Shown in pieces: positions 12,581-25,329 of a stretch of DNA of 64,000 bases. The stretch covers positions 310,001 to 374,000 of the forward strand of contig NC_135823.1 in NCBI RefSeq assembly GCF_964213995.1, written 5' to 3'. Source of the stretch: Mustelus asterias. Its lineage: Eukaryota. Each line of letters begins with the position of its first letter. Position 1 is the first letter of the stretch. A model generated the notes under the pieces. That model made no database searches. It was not told the DNA's origin and saw only the letters and a program-made list of their open reading frames with translations. Position numbers and translations under genes: made by a program.

Positions 12581-12809
12581 TATTCCGAATTCCTTTCGTT
12601 TCGCATTGTAACACAAAGGGTTCTACCCCCAGACGACAGTGACAGATTAAGAGGAACACCAAAATGATAACGTGCCCCTCGAAAATGCGGAGCATTCTGA
12701 TTTGGAACTATATCACCAACTATTCCGTCACTGCCCCGGTTACAAATCTGGTGACTCCTTCCCTAAAATGAACTGTGAGCAAACACAGGGATTAAAGAGG
12801 ATGGGTCAT

Positions 12810-13195
12810 CATAGAATCATCAAACCCTACAGTGCAGAAGGATGCCGTTCGGCCCATCGAGTCTTCACCGAACACAGTTCCACGCAGGCACTATCCCCAT
12901 AACCCCATGCATTTACCCGAGTTGGTCCCCCTGACCAACTATCCCCATAACCCGATACATTTACCCTAGTTGGTCCCCCTGACACTATGGGCCAATTTAG
13001 CATGGCCAATCCACTTAACCGGCATATCTTTGGACAGAAAGGGGCAATTTAGCATGACCAATCCACGTAACCCGCACATCCTTGGACACTAAGGGACAAT
13101 CTAGCATGGTCAATCTACCTAATCTGTACATCTTTGGACACTAAGGTGCAATTTGGCATGGCCACTGCAGCTAACCTGCACATCTTTGGACATCA
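12810..13195 (-). mobile_element. HE1-like V-SINE 3' half with tandem units
   Basis: Tail plus several ~45-bp units; no tRNA head. Confidence 0.75.
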
Positions 13196-13329
13196 TCATC
13201 TTGGAAAGAAAAATACACTCTGCCCTTGCCAAGGAAATTCACATCCCGTGAATGAATTGAAATTTAGCTGAAATAGAAAACATATCACCACACAATTACT
13301 GTACAATAACACTCCTTGAAGACACGCTG

Positions 13330-13510
13330 CCAGTTCACCGCTGTGACGCACGGTCGAGGACCACACGGTGTCAAATGAATTGGAATTCACCAGCACACCG
13401 CACCAAACTTGTGTCATACTTTCCATTGCATAGCTCGTCATAATTTCCACTGTATCTGAAAGGGACGAAACTCTCTGGGTCTGAGCTGAGGTCAACCTGC
13501 GGCCATTAAC
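13330..13510 (+). promoter_or_regulatory. Diverged homologue of the VJ-C1 promoter, in the opposite orientation
   Basis: Its reverse complement aligns co-linearly with 51880-52060. It has an exact 20-mer TTGTGTCATACTTTCCATTG (13409-13428), a second composite at 13434-13448 and GACCACA at 13359-13365, with near-identical spacing. Confidence 0.75.
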
Positions 13511-13569
13511 CCTACAGAAACCAACTGGTCACATAACATGTAGAAATAACGCGTAAAGGTATCCAAAGA

Positions 13570-13627
13570 ATGCTTATCTGGAAGACTTATTTTCTTGCTG
13601 TGGCGTGTTTATGACAAGTGAAAGAAG
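13570..13627 (+). pseudogene. Leader exon of a probable paralogous IgSF gene with a premature stop: MLIWKTYFLAVACL*QVKE(G)
   Basis: The ATG lies about 142 nt after the conserved 20-mer (about 134 nt in the intact gene). It has a hydrophobic leader, a phase-1 donor AAG|gtaaga and an in-frame TGA at 13612-13614. Confidence 0.6.
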
Positions 13628-13630
13628 GTA

Positions 13631-16210
13631 AGAACTAGAACATAGAACATTGAACATAGAACAGTACAGCACAGAACAGGCCCTTCGGCCCACGATGTTG
13701 TGCCGAGCTTTATCTGAAACCAAGATCAAGCTATCCCACTCCCTATCATTCTGGTGTGCTCCATGTGCCTATCCAATAACCGCTTAAATGTTCCTAAAGT
13801 GTCTGACTCTACTATCACTGCAGGCAGTCCATTCCACACCCCAACCACTCTCTGCGTAAAGAACTTACCTCTGATATCCTTCCTATATCTCCCACCATGA
13901 ACCCTTTAGTTATGCCCCCTTGTAATAGCTCCATCCACCCGAGGAAATAGTCCTTGCACGTTCACTCTATCTATCCCCTTCATCATTTTATAAACCTCTA
14001 TTAAGTCTCCCCTCAGCCTCCTCCGCTCCAGAGAGAACAGCCCTCGCTCCCTCAACCTTTCCTCATAAGACCTACCCTCCAAACCAGGCAGCATCCTGTT
14101 AAATCTCCTCTGCACTCTTTCCAGCGCTTCCACATCCTTCTTATAGTGAGGTGACCAGAACTGCACACAATATTCCAAATGTGGTCTCACCAAGGTCCTG
14201 TCCAGGTGCAGCATAACCCCACGGCTCTTAAACTCCAACCCCCTGTTAATAAAAGCTCACACACTATAGGCCTTCTTCACAGCTCTATCCACTTGAGTGG
14301 CAACCTTTAGAGATCTGTGGATATGGAACCCAAGATCTCTCTGATCATTCACAGTCTTCAGAACCCTACCTTTGACCCTGTAATCCACATTTAAATTAGT
14401 CCTACCAAAATGAATCACCTCACATTTATCAGGGTTAAACTCCATTTGCCATTTTTCAGCCCAGCTTTGCATCCTATCTGTGTCTCTTTGCAGCCTACAA
14501 CAGCCCTCCACCCCATCCACTACTCCATCAATCTTGGTGTCATCAGCAAATTTACTGATCCACCCTTCAGCGCCCTCCTCTAAGTCATTAATAAAAATCA
14601 CAAAGAGCAGAGGACCAAGCACTGATCCTTGTGGCACTCCGCTAGCAACCTGCCTCCAGTCCGAAAGTTTTCCATCCACCACCACCCTCTGTCTTCGATC
14701 AGATAGCCAATTACCTATCCAATCTGCCAACTTTCCCTCTATCCCACAGCTCCTTATTTTCATCATAAGCCGACCATGCGGACCTTATGAAACACCTTAC
14801 TAAAATCCATGTAGATGACATCAACTGCACTACCTTCATCAACACACTTCGTTACCTCCTCAAAAAATTCAATCAAATTTGTGAGGCACGACTTGCCCTT
14901 CACGAATCCGTGCTGACTATCCCGGATTAATCCGCATCTTTCTAAATGGTCGTAAATCCCATCCTTAAGGATCTTTTCCATCAATTTACCAACCACCGAA
15001 GTAAGACTAACCGGTCTATAATTACCAGGGTCATTTCTATTCCCTTTCTTAAACAGAGGAACAACATTCGCCACTCTGCACTCCTCTGGGACCATCCCGT
15101 GGACAGTGAGGCCCAAAAAATCAAAGCCAAAGGCTCTGCAATCTCATTCCTTGCCTCCCAAAGAATCCTAGGATATATTTCATCAGGCCCAGGGGACTTA
15201 TCGAACTTCAGTTTATTCAAAATTGCCAGTACATCCTCCCTCCGAATAACTATTTCCTCCAGCCTATTAGCCTGTCACACCTTCTGTTCCTCAAGAACAT
15301 GGTGAACACTGAAGAAAAATACTCATTCATCACCTCGCCTATCTCCACTGACTCCATACACAAGTTCCCATTACTGTCCTTGAACGGCCCTAACCTCACC
15401 CTGGTCATTCTTTTATTCCTCACATAAGAGTAAAAAGCCTTGGGGTTTTCCTTGATCCGACCCGCCAAGGACTTCTCATGTCCCCTCCTAGCTCTCCTAA
15501 GCCCCCTTTTCAGCTAATTCCCTGCTAACTTGTAACCCTCAATCGAGCCATCTGAACCTTGTTTCCTCACCCCTACATAAGCTTCCCTCTTCCTTTTCAC
15601 AAGACATTCCACCTCTTTCGTGAACCATGGTTCCCTCACTCGGCCATTTCCTCCCTGCGTGACAGCGACATACCTATCAAGGACACCCAATATTTGTTCC
15701 TTGAAAAAGTTCCACTTTTCATGAGTGCCTTTCCCTGACAGTTTCTGTTCCCATCTTATGCCCCCTAATTCTTGCCGAATCGCATCATAATTACCTCTCC
15801 CCCACTTGTAAACCTTGCCCTGCCACACGGCCCTATTCCTCTCCATTGCAATAAGAAAAGACACCGAATTGTGGTCACTATCTCCAAAGTGCTCTCCTAC
15901 AACCAAATCTAACACTTGGCCCGGTTCATTTCACAGTACCAAATTCAATGTGGCCTCACCTCTTGTCGGCCTATCCACATATTGTGTCAGGAAACCCTCC
16001 TGCACACACTGCACAAAAACTGCCCCATCCGAACTATTTGACCTACAAAGGTTCCAATCAATATTTGGAAAGTTAAAGTCCCCCATGACAACTACCCTGT
16101 GACCACCACACATATCCATAATCTGCTTAGCAATTTCTTCCTCCACATCTCTATATCTATACTTATATCTATAAGTATCTATATCTATAATTTCTTCCTC
16201 CACATCTCCA
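13631..16210 (-). mobile_element. CR1 LINE, ~2.6 kb, frameshifted ORF2 (endonuclease C-terminus to RT) with an intact 3' tail
   Basis: ORFs contain VVMGDFNFPNIDW, SDHN, KSPGPD, PQGSVLGP and KFADDTK; (agaacat)n tail. Confidence 0.95.
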
Positions 16211-16338
16211 CACTATACATTGCAATCAGCTAGAATCAGCGTTCACACAGTAGAAACTGTGACGCCCATATTCAGGTGAAGGGAATTACCCTGTTCATGC
16301 GCGTTTGCTTTATTTTCCTCACAGAAATGTTCAGTAAA

Positions 16339-17055
16339 AGTTCACTAATGCTCTTCAGGGAAGGACATTTGCCGTCCTTACCTGGTTTGCCCGACATGTG
16401 ACTCTGGAGCCGCTGCAATATTGTTGACTCTCAACTGCTCTCGGGCAACTAGGGATGGGCAACAACATTTTTAAAGTTAAAGTTTATTTATTTGTGTCAC
16501 AAGTAGGCTTACATTAACACTGCAACGATGTTACTGCGAAAATCACCTAGTCACCACACTCTGGCGCCTGTTTGCGTCCAATGAGGGAAACGTTAGCAAG
16601 GTCAATGCACCTAACGAGCACGTCATTCCGACTGTGGGAGGATACCGGAGCACCCAGAGGAAATCCATGCAGTCACGGGGAGAACGTGCAGACTCCGCAC
16701 AGATGGTGACCAAAGTCAGGAATCACAGGCGGGTCCCTGTGAGGCAGCGACGCGAAACAGTGTGCCACAGTGCTTTCTAAAGTTCTGGGAGACCCGGGTT
16801 CGAATCCCGCCTCCGCAGATGGTGGAATTTGAGTCCAACCAAAAAATATTTGGAATGAAGATTAACCATCATCGATTGTCGGAAAACTCCACCGGGTTAA
16901 CTAATATCCTTTCGGGAAAGAAATCTGCCGCCATGACCATCGTCTGCCCCATTACGTGACTCCAGAGTCACAGCAATATGGTAGACTTTCGAGTGCCCTC
17001 AAAGGGCAACGAGGGGTCAGCAATCGATGCCCATTTCCGCCGAATGAATAAAAAG
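16339..17055 (+). mobile_element. Cluster of L2-tailed tRNA-SINE pieces with an HE1 copy (16475-16770, minus) between them
   Basis: Homology to the other copies in the window. Confidence 0.7.
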
Positions 17056-17626
17056 ATTGATAGAGCGATCGATCTCCCTGTCTATCAACCTANNNNNNNN
17101 NNNNNNNNNNNNNNNNNNNNNNNNNNNNNNNNNNNNNNNNNNNNNNNNNNNNNNNNNNNNNNNNNNNNNNNNNNNNNNNNNNNNNNNNNNNNNNNNNNNN
17201 NNNNNNNNNNNNNNNNNNNNNNNNNNNNNNNNNNNNNNNNNNNNNNNNNNNNNNNNNNNNNNNNNNNNNNNNNNNNNNNNNNNNNNNNNNNNNNNNNNNN
17301 NNNNNNNNNNNNNNNNNNNNNNNNNNNNNNNNNNNNNNNNNNNNNNNNNNNNNNNNNNNNNNNNNNNNNNNNNNNNNNNNNNNNNNNNNNNNNNNNNNNN
17401 NNNNNNNNNNNNNNNNNNNNNNNNNNNNNNTCTTGCAGGGTAATCGAGAAGGAGGTGGCAGATTTAAATCTGAGATGGGGGAAATTTTACTTCTGCCAAA
17501 GAATGGACAGTTTGTGGAACTCACTACCATAGAGTGCGGTGGATGCCGGGACCTTGAGTAAATTAAGGATTAGGTAGACGACACATTAATTGGGAACGGT
17601 TTGAAGGGCTATGATGAACAGGCAGG

Positions 17627-18893
17627 ACAAAGAGAACAAAGAACATGGAACAGAACAGTACAGGAAACAGGCCCTTCGACCCCCCAAGCCTGTGCCGTTC
17701 ATTGGCCCAACTAGACCATTCGTTTGTATCCCTCCATTCCCAGACTGCTCATGTGACTATCCAGGTAAATCTGAAACGATGCCAGCGTGTCCGCCTCCAC
17801 CACCCTACTTGACAGCGCATTCCAGGCCCCCACCACTCTCTGTGTAAAAAACGTCCCTCTGATATCTGAGTTATACCTCGCCCCTCTCACCTTGAGCTCG
17901 TGACCCTTCGTGATCGTCACCTCCGACCTGGGAAAAAGCTTCCCACTGTTCACCCTATCTATACCCTTCATAATTTTGGACACCTCTATTAGGTCTCCCC
18001 TCATTCTGCGTCTTTCCAGGGAGAACAAGCCCAGTTTACCCAATCACTCCTCATAGCTAAGACCCTCCATATCAGGCAACATCCTGGTAAACCTTCTCTG
18101 CACTCTCTCTAAAGCCTCCACGTGCCTCTGGTAGTGTGGCGACCAGAACTGGACGCAGTACTCCAAATGTGGCCTAACCAGCGTTCTATACAGCTGGATC
18201 ATCGGACTTCAGCCTTTATACTCTATACCCCGCCCTATAAGGCAAGCATACCATATGCTTTCTTCACCACCTTCTCCACCTGTGCTGCCATCTTCAAGGA
18301 TTTGTGGACTTGCAGACCTAGGTCCCTCTGTGTTTCTATACTCTTGATGGCTCTGCCATTTATTGTATAACTCCCCCCTACATTAGTTCTTCCAAAATGC
18401 GTCACTTCGCATTTATCTGGATTAAATTACCTCTGCCATTTCTCCGCCCAATTTTCCAGCCTATCTATATTCTGCTGGATTGTCCAACAATGTTCATCGT
18501 TATCCGCAAGTCCAGCCATCTTCGTGTCATCCGCAAACTTGCTGATAACACCAGTTACACCTTCTTCCAAATCATTTATATGTATCACAAATAGTAGAGG
18601 TCCCAGTACAGAGTCCTGTGGAACACCACTGGTCACAGACCTCCAGCCGGAAAAAGACCCTTTGACTGCTACCCTCTGTCTCCTGTGGCCAAGCCAGTTC
18701 TCTTCCCATCTAGCCACCTCTCCTTGTATCCCATGAGCCTTAACCTTCTTAACCAACCTGCCATGAGGGACTTTGTCAAATGCCTTACTGAAATCCATAT
18801 AGACAACATCCACGGCCCTTCCTTCCTCAACCGGTTTTGTCACTTCCTCAAAAAACTCCACCACATGTGAAGGCACGACCTCCCTCTTACAAA
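17627..18893 (-). mobile_element. CR1 LINE 3' 1.3 kb, inserted in an older CR1 end
   Basis: RT ORFs at 18427-18876 and 17711-18043; caggaca is duplicated at both ends. Confidence 0.9.
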
Positions 18894-19339
18894 ACAGGAC
18901 AGTAAAGCTGAGGATCAGATCAGATCAACTATGATGGTAATAAATGGTAGACCAGTCTAGAGAGGCCAATTTGCCTTTTCCTGCTCTCAGTTCTTATGAC
19001 TTGTGTGAGAGAGAGAAAGGGTGACTGAGAGGGAGAGCGATGGGGGAGCGCCGGGGGGGCGGGGAGGGGGGGGGGTGCGGGGGGGGGGCGGAGCTGCGGT
19101 GGGGGGCGGGGGGGTGGTGCTGTTGGGAGGGACACAGCCAAATACGTGGAAATAAGTTATTCAGCCTCTCATATATACGCTGTCTCTTTGAACGAGCTCT
19201 GCAATTGGATCCAAAGTTTTCCAATAGCATTTCCAAATTCTTCCCGTCAAGTCACAATCTGACTTCCGTTTTGCAAGCTACTGTTGAATATGCTTCCAAC
19301 CCCCTTTGCAGGCAATGGATTTGGAATGGAGTCAATGGG

Positions 19340-20600
19340 CAGCCTTGCGACGACAAGTGGCAAAGTATCAATGGTGCGACACATGGGCCAGGCAATGACT
19401 ATATCCAACATGTGAGAATCGGACATTTCATCTTGACATTAAATTGAAATGCCATTGCCAAATCCCCTAGTATCAAATTCCTGGGCGTTACCATTGACCA
19501 GCAGCTTAATTGGACTGGCCATATAAGTGTATTGATTGAAAGGGAATATCAGAGGCTACGAATCTTGCAGCGAAAAGCTCGCCTCCTGACTCCAAAGATA
19601 CTTTTTGCTACCCAGAAAGCACGAACCACGACAGAGGTTTTAGCACTACTGTTTCACCGGGCCTTGGACCCGGGTTCGATTCCAGGCTTGCGCCACTGTC
19701 TGTGCAGTGTCTGCACGTTCTCCCCGTGTCTGCGGGAGTTTCCTCTTCGTGCTCCAGTTTCCTCCCACAGTCCGAAAGACATGCTGGTTAGGCGCATTGG
19801 CCATGCTAAATTCTCGCTCAGTGTACCAGAACAGGCGCCAGAGTGCAGCGACCAGGAGATTATCACAGTGACGTCATTGCAGTGTTCATGGAAGCCTACT
19901 TGTGACACGAATAAATGAACTTTCACTAAAGTCAGAAGTGTGATGGGATACTTTCCAAATTGCCTGCATGAGTGTAACCCCAAAAGCATTCATGAAATTT
20001 GGCGCCATCCAATGCAATGCGGCCCAGTTGGTTGGCTCCATTTCCACAAATATTCACTCCTCCCACCATCGAGGAACTGTGCCAGCAGTGTGCACCATCT
20101 ACAAGATGAATTGCATAAGTTCACTAAGGCTCCTTATACAGGACTGATACCTTCTTGAAGGGACCTGGACACGAGATAAATGGAGCACCAGTTCCTGAAT
20201 GTTTCCCTGACTTGGAAATATACCATCTGTTCTTCACTATTGCTCAGTCAAAATCCTGAGAGGGAGAGAGATGAGGGGGGGGGGGGGGAGAGGGGGGGAA
20301 GGGGGGGGGGGGGAGTCGGGGGGAGGGTGCTGTTGGGGGATGGGGGGTCACAGCCAAATACGTGGAAATAAGTTATTCAGCCTCTCATATATACGCTGTC
20401 TCTTTGAACGAGCTCTGCAATTGGATCCAAAGTTTTCCAATAACATTTCCAAATTCCCTTCCGAACAGCATTATGGGTGTAACAACACCAATTGGTGTGT
20501 ACCGGTTGAAGAAGGCATCTCACTATCACATTCTCAAGGTATTTTAGGGATGGGCAATTAGCTCTGGCCTGGCCAGCGACGCCTACATCCGGTACATTAA
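19340..20600 (+). mobile_element. Degenerate L2/CR1-group LINE 3' part with a nested HE1 SINE (19625-19925)
   Basis: Co-linear with 28700-29500. Confidence 0.7.
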
Positions 20601-21097
20601 TTTTAATAATCCAATCCTCTTTTCCAATTGATGCCAGTACCTTTGCACCATTCTCTTCTCAGCTGGCACCGTGCTGAGGAATGCAGTAAAGCTTGGGACA
20701 GCCGCTACAGAGGCACAATGGGGGAAGGTCGAAGGCTAAGACAATTCTGCCATTGTCCACCTTGGGGTGGGTAATTTTCTGGAGCACCTCCCTCATAATG
20801 AAAATACATGGTGAATATTAGATAGATCATAATTGTATTCAAGCATCTCTAACTGCCACTTGATCAATGTGGGCAACGCAAGTGCTGTTGCACTTTTGCT
20901 ACTGGCCGATTTGAAGTTTCTCTTGTGTTCCTTTGACTGTATTGAAGCACATCAGAGGCAACATGATCTATGAAGAAAAGTTAAATATCATTGAAATGAA
21001 GATAATTCCAGTTACAGACAAATATCGCTTTATTAATATGTAAATGTATGTCTCAGGTATAAGTGAACAATTAAATTAATCAGCTTGGGGAGAATAA

Positions 21098-21720
21098 GTG
21101 TGCGTGTGTTTGTGTGACAGTGTGTGTGTGACTGTGGGTGTATGAGTGAATGAGTGAGAGTGTGTTTGTGTGTGTCTGTAAGTGTGTGTGCATGCTTGTG
21201 AATGTATGTGAATGAGTATGTGAGCGCGTGTGTGTGTGAGTGTGTGTGTGCATGCGTGTGTATGTATGTTTTTGAGTTTGTGAGTGTGTGTGTGAATGAG
21301 TGTGTGCTTGTGTGAGTGTGTGTCAGTGTATGTGTGCGTGAGTGCGTGTGTGCGTTTGTGTGTGTGGAGTGAACGTGTGTATGTGTGTGAGAGTGTATGT
21401 GTGGGAGTGTGAGTACATGTGTGAGTTTGTGCGCATGTATGTGAGAGTATATGTGGGAGTGTGAGTGTTGTGTGTGTGCGTGTATTTATGTGTGTGAGTT
21501 TGTGAGTGTGTGTGTTCTCGTATGCGTGTGTGAATACGTGTGTGTTTGTGTGAATGTGCGTTTGTGTATGTCAGCGCGTGTGCGCGTGTTTTTGTGTTTG
21601 CATGTGTGTGTGAGTATTTGTCTGCGTGTGTGTATGTGAGTGTGAGTTTAAGTGCTTGTATGAGTGTGTATCTGTGAATGTGTGAGTGTGTGTGAGAGAG
21701 TGTGAATGTGCGATTGGATA
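21098..21720. repeat. Degenerate (TG)n microsatellite
   Basis: Direct reading. Confidence 0.95.
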
Positions 21721-22254
21721 CGTTTGTCTGTGTATTTTTATGAATGTTTGCGCTTGCTTGCTGTACCTCAGAGGGTCGCTGCTTATCTCTTATAACATCC
21801 ACAAACCCCACCTTCCAACACGCAGTAGAAAGTGGGAAACTGAAAGACAAATATAGGGAAAGCAATTATGTTACGTAGATACCTTTTTCAAAGAACTAAC
21901 ACAATGGACCGGATGGCTTCCAAGATTGGATGATGCTCGGATACAGGATGGGCTAATTTGAAATCTTATTGGAGTATTTTTGAATCTTCCGAATTAATAT
22001 ACATCCCAGAATCAATGCGGAATCTTTCTGCTACACTGGGGTGTTTTGCACTGGAAAAGGAATGGAAAACAAAAGGTGGGTCACAGAAAAGAAACCGGAT
22101 GTTTTCCCTCTGATAAATTAGAGAGGCAGGACTTTCTTGTGGAAATAGACAGGGAGCCATGGAGATGCCCAGGAAATAAAGAAACCACCCTGTCCACTCA
22201 CCATGTTGTCCAAAATACTGACAACATTTGCAAAATGCAAAATAAACTGTTTTC

Positions 22255-22600
22255 ATTTGATTTTGATTTGAGTTGATTCATCATTGTCACATGTATTAGC
22301 ATACAGTGAAACGTATTGTTTCTTGTGCGCTATACAAAGCATAGCGTTCACAGAGAAGGAAAGGAGAAAGTGGAGAATGTAGTGTTACAGTCATTGCTAG
22401 GGGGTAGAGAAAGATCAACTTAATATCAGGCAGGTCCACTCAAAAAGGCTGCTGGCAGCAGGGAAGAAGCTGCCTTTGAGTCGGTTGGTACATGTTCTCA
22501 GAATTTTGTATCATTTTCCAGACAGAAGACGGTGGAAGAGAGAATGTCCAGTGTGCGTGTGGTCCTTGATCATGCTGGCTACTTTTGCCGAGGCATCGAG
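22255..22600 (-). mobile_element. Rex1/Babar-like LINE 3' end
   Basis: Homologous to 31990-32335. Confidence 0.75.
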
Positions 22601-23009
22601 GTGAAGATTGAGCACTGCTGATGATATTCCACTGTATTTTTATAATCCCAGTATGTAGTGAACGTTAATCAAAATTTAGGGACTTTGCTGAGATTCTCTG
22701 AACCTATCTTGTTGATCCTGAAACTTCAGTTGTTGACAAAATTTTAATCTCTTCGCAAATGACAGTTCGTATCTGAAAATCAATTATTCTTCGGTGATGG
22801 AGATTCAGAAGAGATTTGTATTTATCGGTAATTGACTAATAATTCGATGTGAAATGGATGAAAATGCAATTCGTGGTGAGTTTACAATATCAACATGGGA
22901 TTTGATGCTGTGAGCGGTCGGTTGTCTGTCTGAGGTGCAACTTGTTCAACCAATTACAGAATTGAAACACAGCAGGGACTGGACACGGGCAGTGATGCAC
23001 GGACGTCAG

Positions 23010-23360
23010 GGAGGCGATGGCCAAGTGGTATTACCGCTGCATTGTTAATCCAGAAAGTGTGCTAATGTTCTGGTGGCCCAGGATCGAATCCCACCACGGC
23101 CTGGGGTCGGTTTTGAGTTCACGAAAACAAATCTGGAATTAAGAATCTCTTGATAGCCATGAATCGATTGTCAGAAAAAAAGTACCTCTTGTTCGCGAAT
23201 ATCCTTTAGGGAAGGAAATTTCCCCTCCTTATCTCGTGTGGACTCTGGAGCCACAGCAATGTGGTTGATTCTCAGCTTCCCTCCAAGAGCAACTAGGGAT
23301 GGGCAATAAATGTTCGCCCAGCCAGCCACGTGCCCCAATAACGAATTAAAATAAAAACTT
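23010..23360 (+). mobile_element. tRNA-derived SINE with an L2-like tail
   Basis: Head gggaggcgatggcc..gtggta, B-box and tail ctagggatgggcaataaatg shared with the LINE at 28358-29500. Confidence 0.75.
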
Positions 23361-23807
23361 GCGATGGTTTCATTTTACCTTTACACAATAAAATGTGTTT
23401 TTATTTCAACCCATTGATTCACTGCACTGTGTTTTCGAAGTGGTCATATTTTTGAAGAGCCAAATTTTCCCAAAGCTTTCGCTCCTTTTCTTTATTTTTC
23501 TCCCTAACTTCGCTGTATTTCAGAGGGCATTTGAGAGTCAACCACATGGCTGTGGGTATGGAGTCAAATGTAGGCCAGACCAGATGAGGACGGCAGATTT
23601 CCTTCCCAAAACCAGTTGGGTTTTACGACACTCCGCATTGGTTTAATGGCTATCACTCGACTTTTAACCACTGATTTTAGTGAATTCAAATTTCACGATT
23701 TGCCTTGGTGGGATTTGATCCCGAGTCCCTTGAGCATCTCCCTGGGCCTTTGGATTAATCGTCTGGTGATAATTCCATTGTGCCATTGTCTCTCATATCC
23801 ATGATAT

Positions 23808-24496
23808 GGATGTAGATGTCGGCGTTAGACTGAGGTGGGCACAGTAAGAAGTCTCACAACACAGGTTAAGATCCGACAGGTTTATCTGGAATCGCGAGCT
23901 TTCGGAGCGCTGCTCCTTCCTCAGGTGAATGGAGAGCTAGGTTCACAAACACGGCCTATAAAGACAGAGACACAATTACAAGATAATGGTTGGAATGTGA
24001 GACTTTACACGTAATCAAGTTTTTTACAGGTACAGGCAATGCGAGTGGGGAGTGGGATAAACACACATTAAAGAGGTGTGAATTGTCTCAAGCCAGGACA
24101 GTTAGGATGATTTTGCAAACACAAGCCAAATGTTGGGGGATACATGGAGCGTGACATGAACCCGAAATTACAGTTGAGGCTCTCCTCCTGCATGCGGTAC
24201 TTCACTATCAGTTTGTGCTCGGCGATTCTGCATTGTCATGTGTCTTGTAGGCCGTCCAGGAGAATGCTTACCCATGATTATCCCTTGCTCCACTCTCATT
24301 GCCTGTACCTGTAAAGACTTGATTTCCTGTAAAGACTCGCATTCCAACTATTGTCTTGCAAATGCGACTCTGTCTTTATAGGCCGTGCTTGTGAACCCAC
24401 CTCTCCAATCACCTGAGGAAGGAGCAGAGCTCCGAAAGCTCGTGATTCCAAATAAAGCTGTTGGACTTTAACCTGGTGTTGTGGGATTTCTTACTG
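23808..24496 (-). mobile_element. Penelope-like retroelement remnant with inverted pseudo-LTRs and two hammerhead ribozyme cores
   Basis: Arms at ~23842-24060 and ~24285-24496. CTGAGGA-aGGAGC-agng-CTCC-GAAAG occurs at 23899-23924 (-) and 24413-24438 (+). The middle translates on minus to a GIY-YIG-domain C-terminus-like peptide (GLQDT..CRIAEHKLIVKYR..EESLN..FGFMS). Confidence 0.8.
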
Positions 24497-25054
24497 GCCC
24501 CTCATACCATAATAAAGATTCATTTCCATGACAACGCTGTTATCATTGTACTATGCAACTACTAGGATTGTAGAATGTAATCTTTATGGAGTTTTGCGTT
24601 TTTCAGTTTTGTAATTCATATGTTACTAAATCCAAGTTTGTCAGGCTTTGCAAGAAAGTTTTTAGTTGGCGATAGAGGGTTTCAGTGCACCTGGTTATTC
24701 TGCATCGGAGTCACATCTGTCTAAGCAGTTCCACCTTGTTTACTCTTCAATCAAAAGATACAATCAAATGAGGTTCAATGCAACATTTGCAGTTTCTGGT
24801 AAACTATATTGTAAAATTCATCTCCCAGATACTGGCCAACAAAATGCATTGACGATTTAGATGAGCTTTTGACTTTCCCGTTCTTGTGAATGTGAACTTT
24901 GATGATATTATAAACAGAAATGTCGGATAAACTCAGCACCTTTTGCAGATCCGTGGAGACAGAAACATCTTGTTTTTGTCACCAACATTACCAGGGACAA
25001 TTCAAAAATGGACAAACCTTCGATAAGGGAAACGAATTTACCAAGTAAAAGCAG

Positions 25055-25329
25055 ATAGATGGAGACGGAGAGACAGAGAGAGAGAGAGAGAGGGAAATAG
25101 AGTGAGTGAGGGAATGAAATAGGGAAGGATGGATAGAAATGAAGACAGATAGAAAAATAGATAAATGGATAGAGGAAAGAGTATACAGATGGGTGGGCAA
25201 ATGGATGGAGGCACGGACTGATGGAGGGATCGAAGGACAGATGGAGGGATGGACCGACGGATGGATGGATGGATGAACGGATGGACTGACGGACGGATCA
25301 ATGGATGGACAGCCGGACAATGGAGGATG
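25055..25329. repeat. (GA)n / (GGAT)n simple repeat running into a gap
   Basis: Direct reading. Confidence 0.9.

Noticed and set aside
19146-19200. Minus-strand segment ARSKRQRIYERLNNLFP after a cag, resembling a Tyr-motif exon
   Set aside because: The donor and polypyrimidine tract are weak, and there is no compatible neighbouring exon.
21323-21865. 180-aa His/Thr-rich ORF
   Set aside because: It is a translation of the (TG)n microsatellite.
22765-22830. NQLFFGDG, resembling a TCR J segment
   Set aside because: There is no upstream heptamer/nonamer RSS, and no TxLxV or phase-1 donor in that frame.
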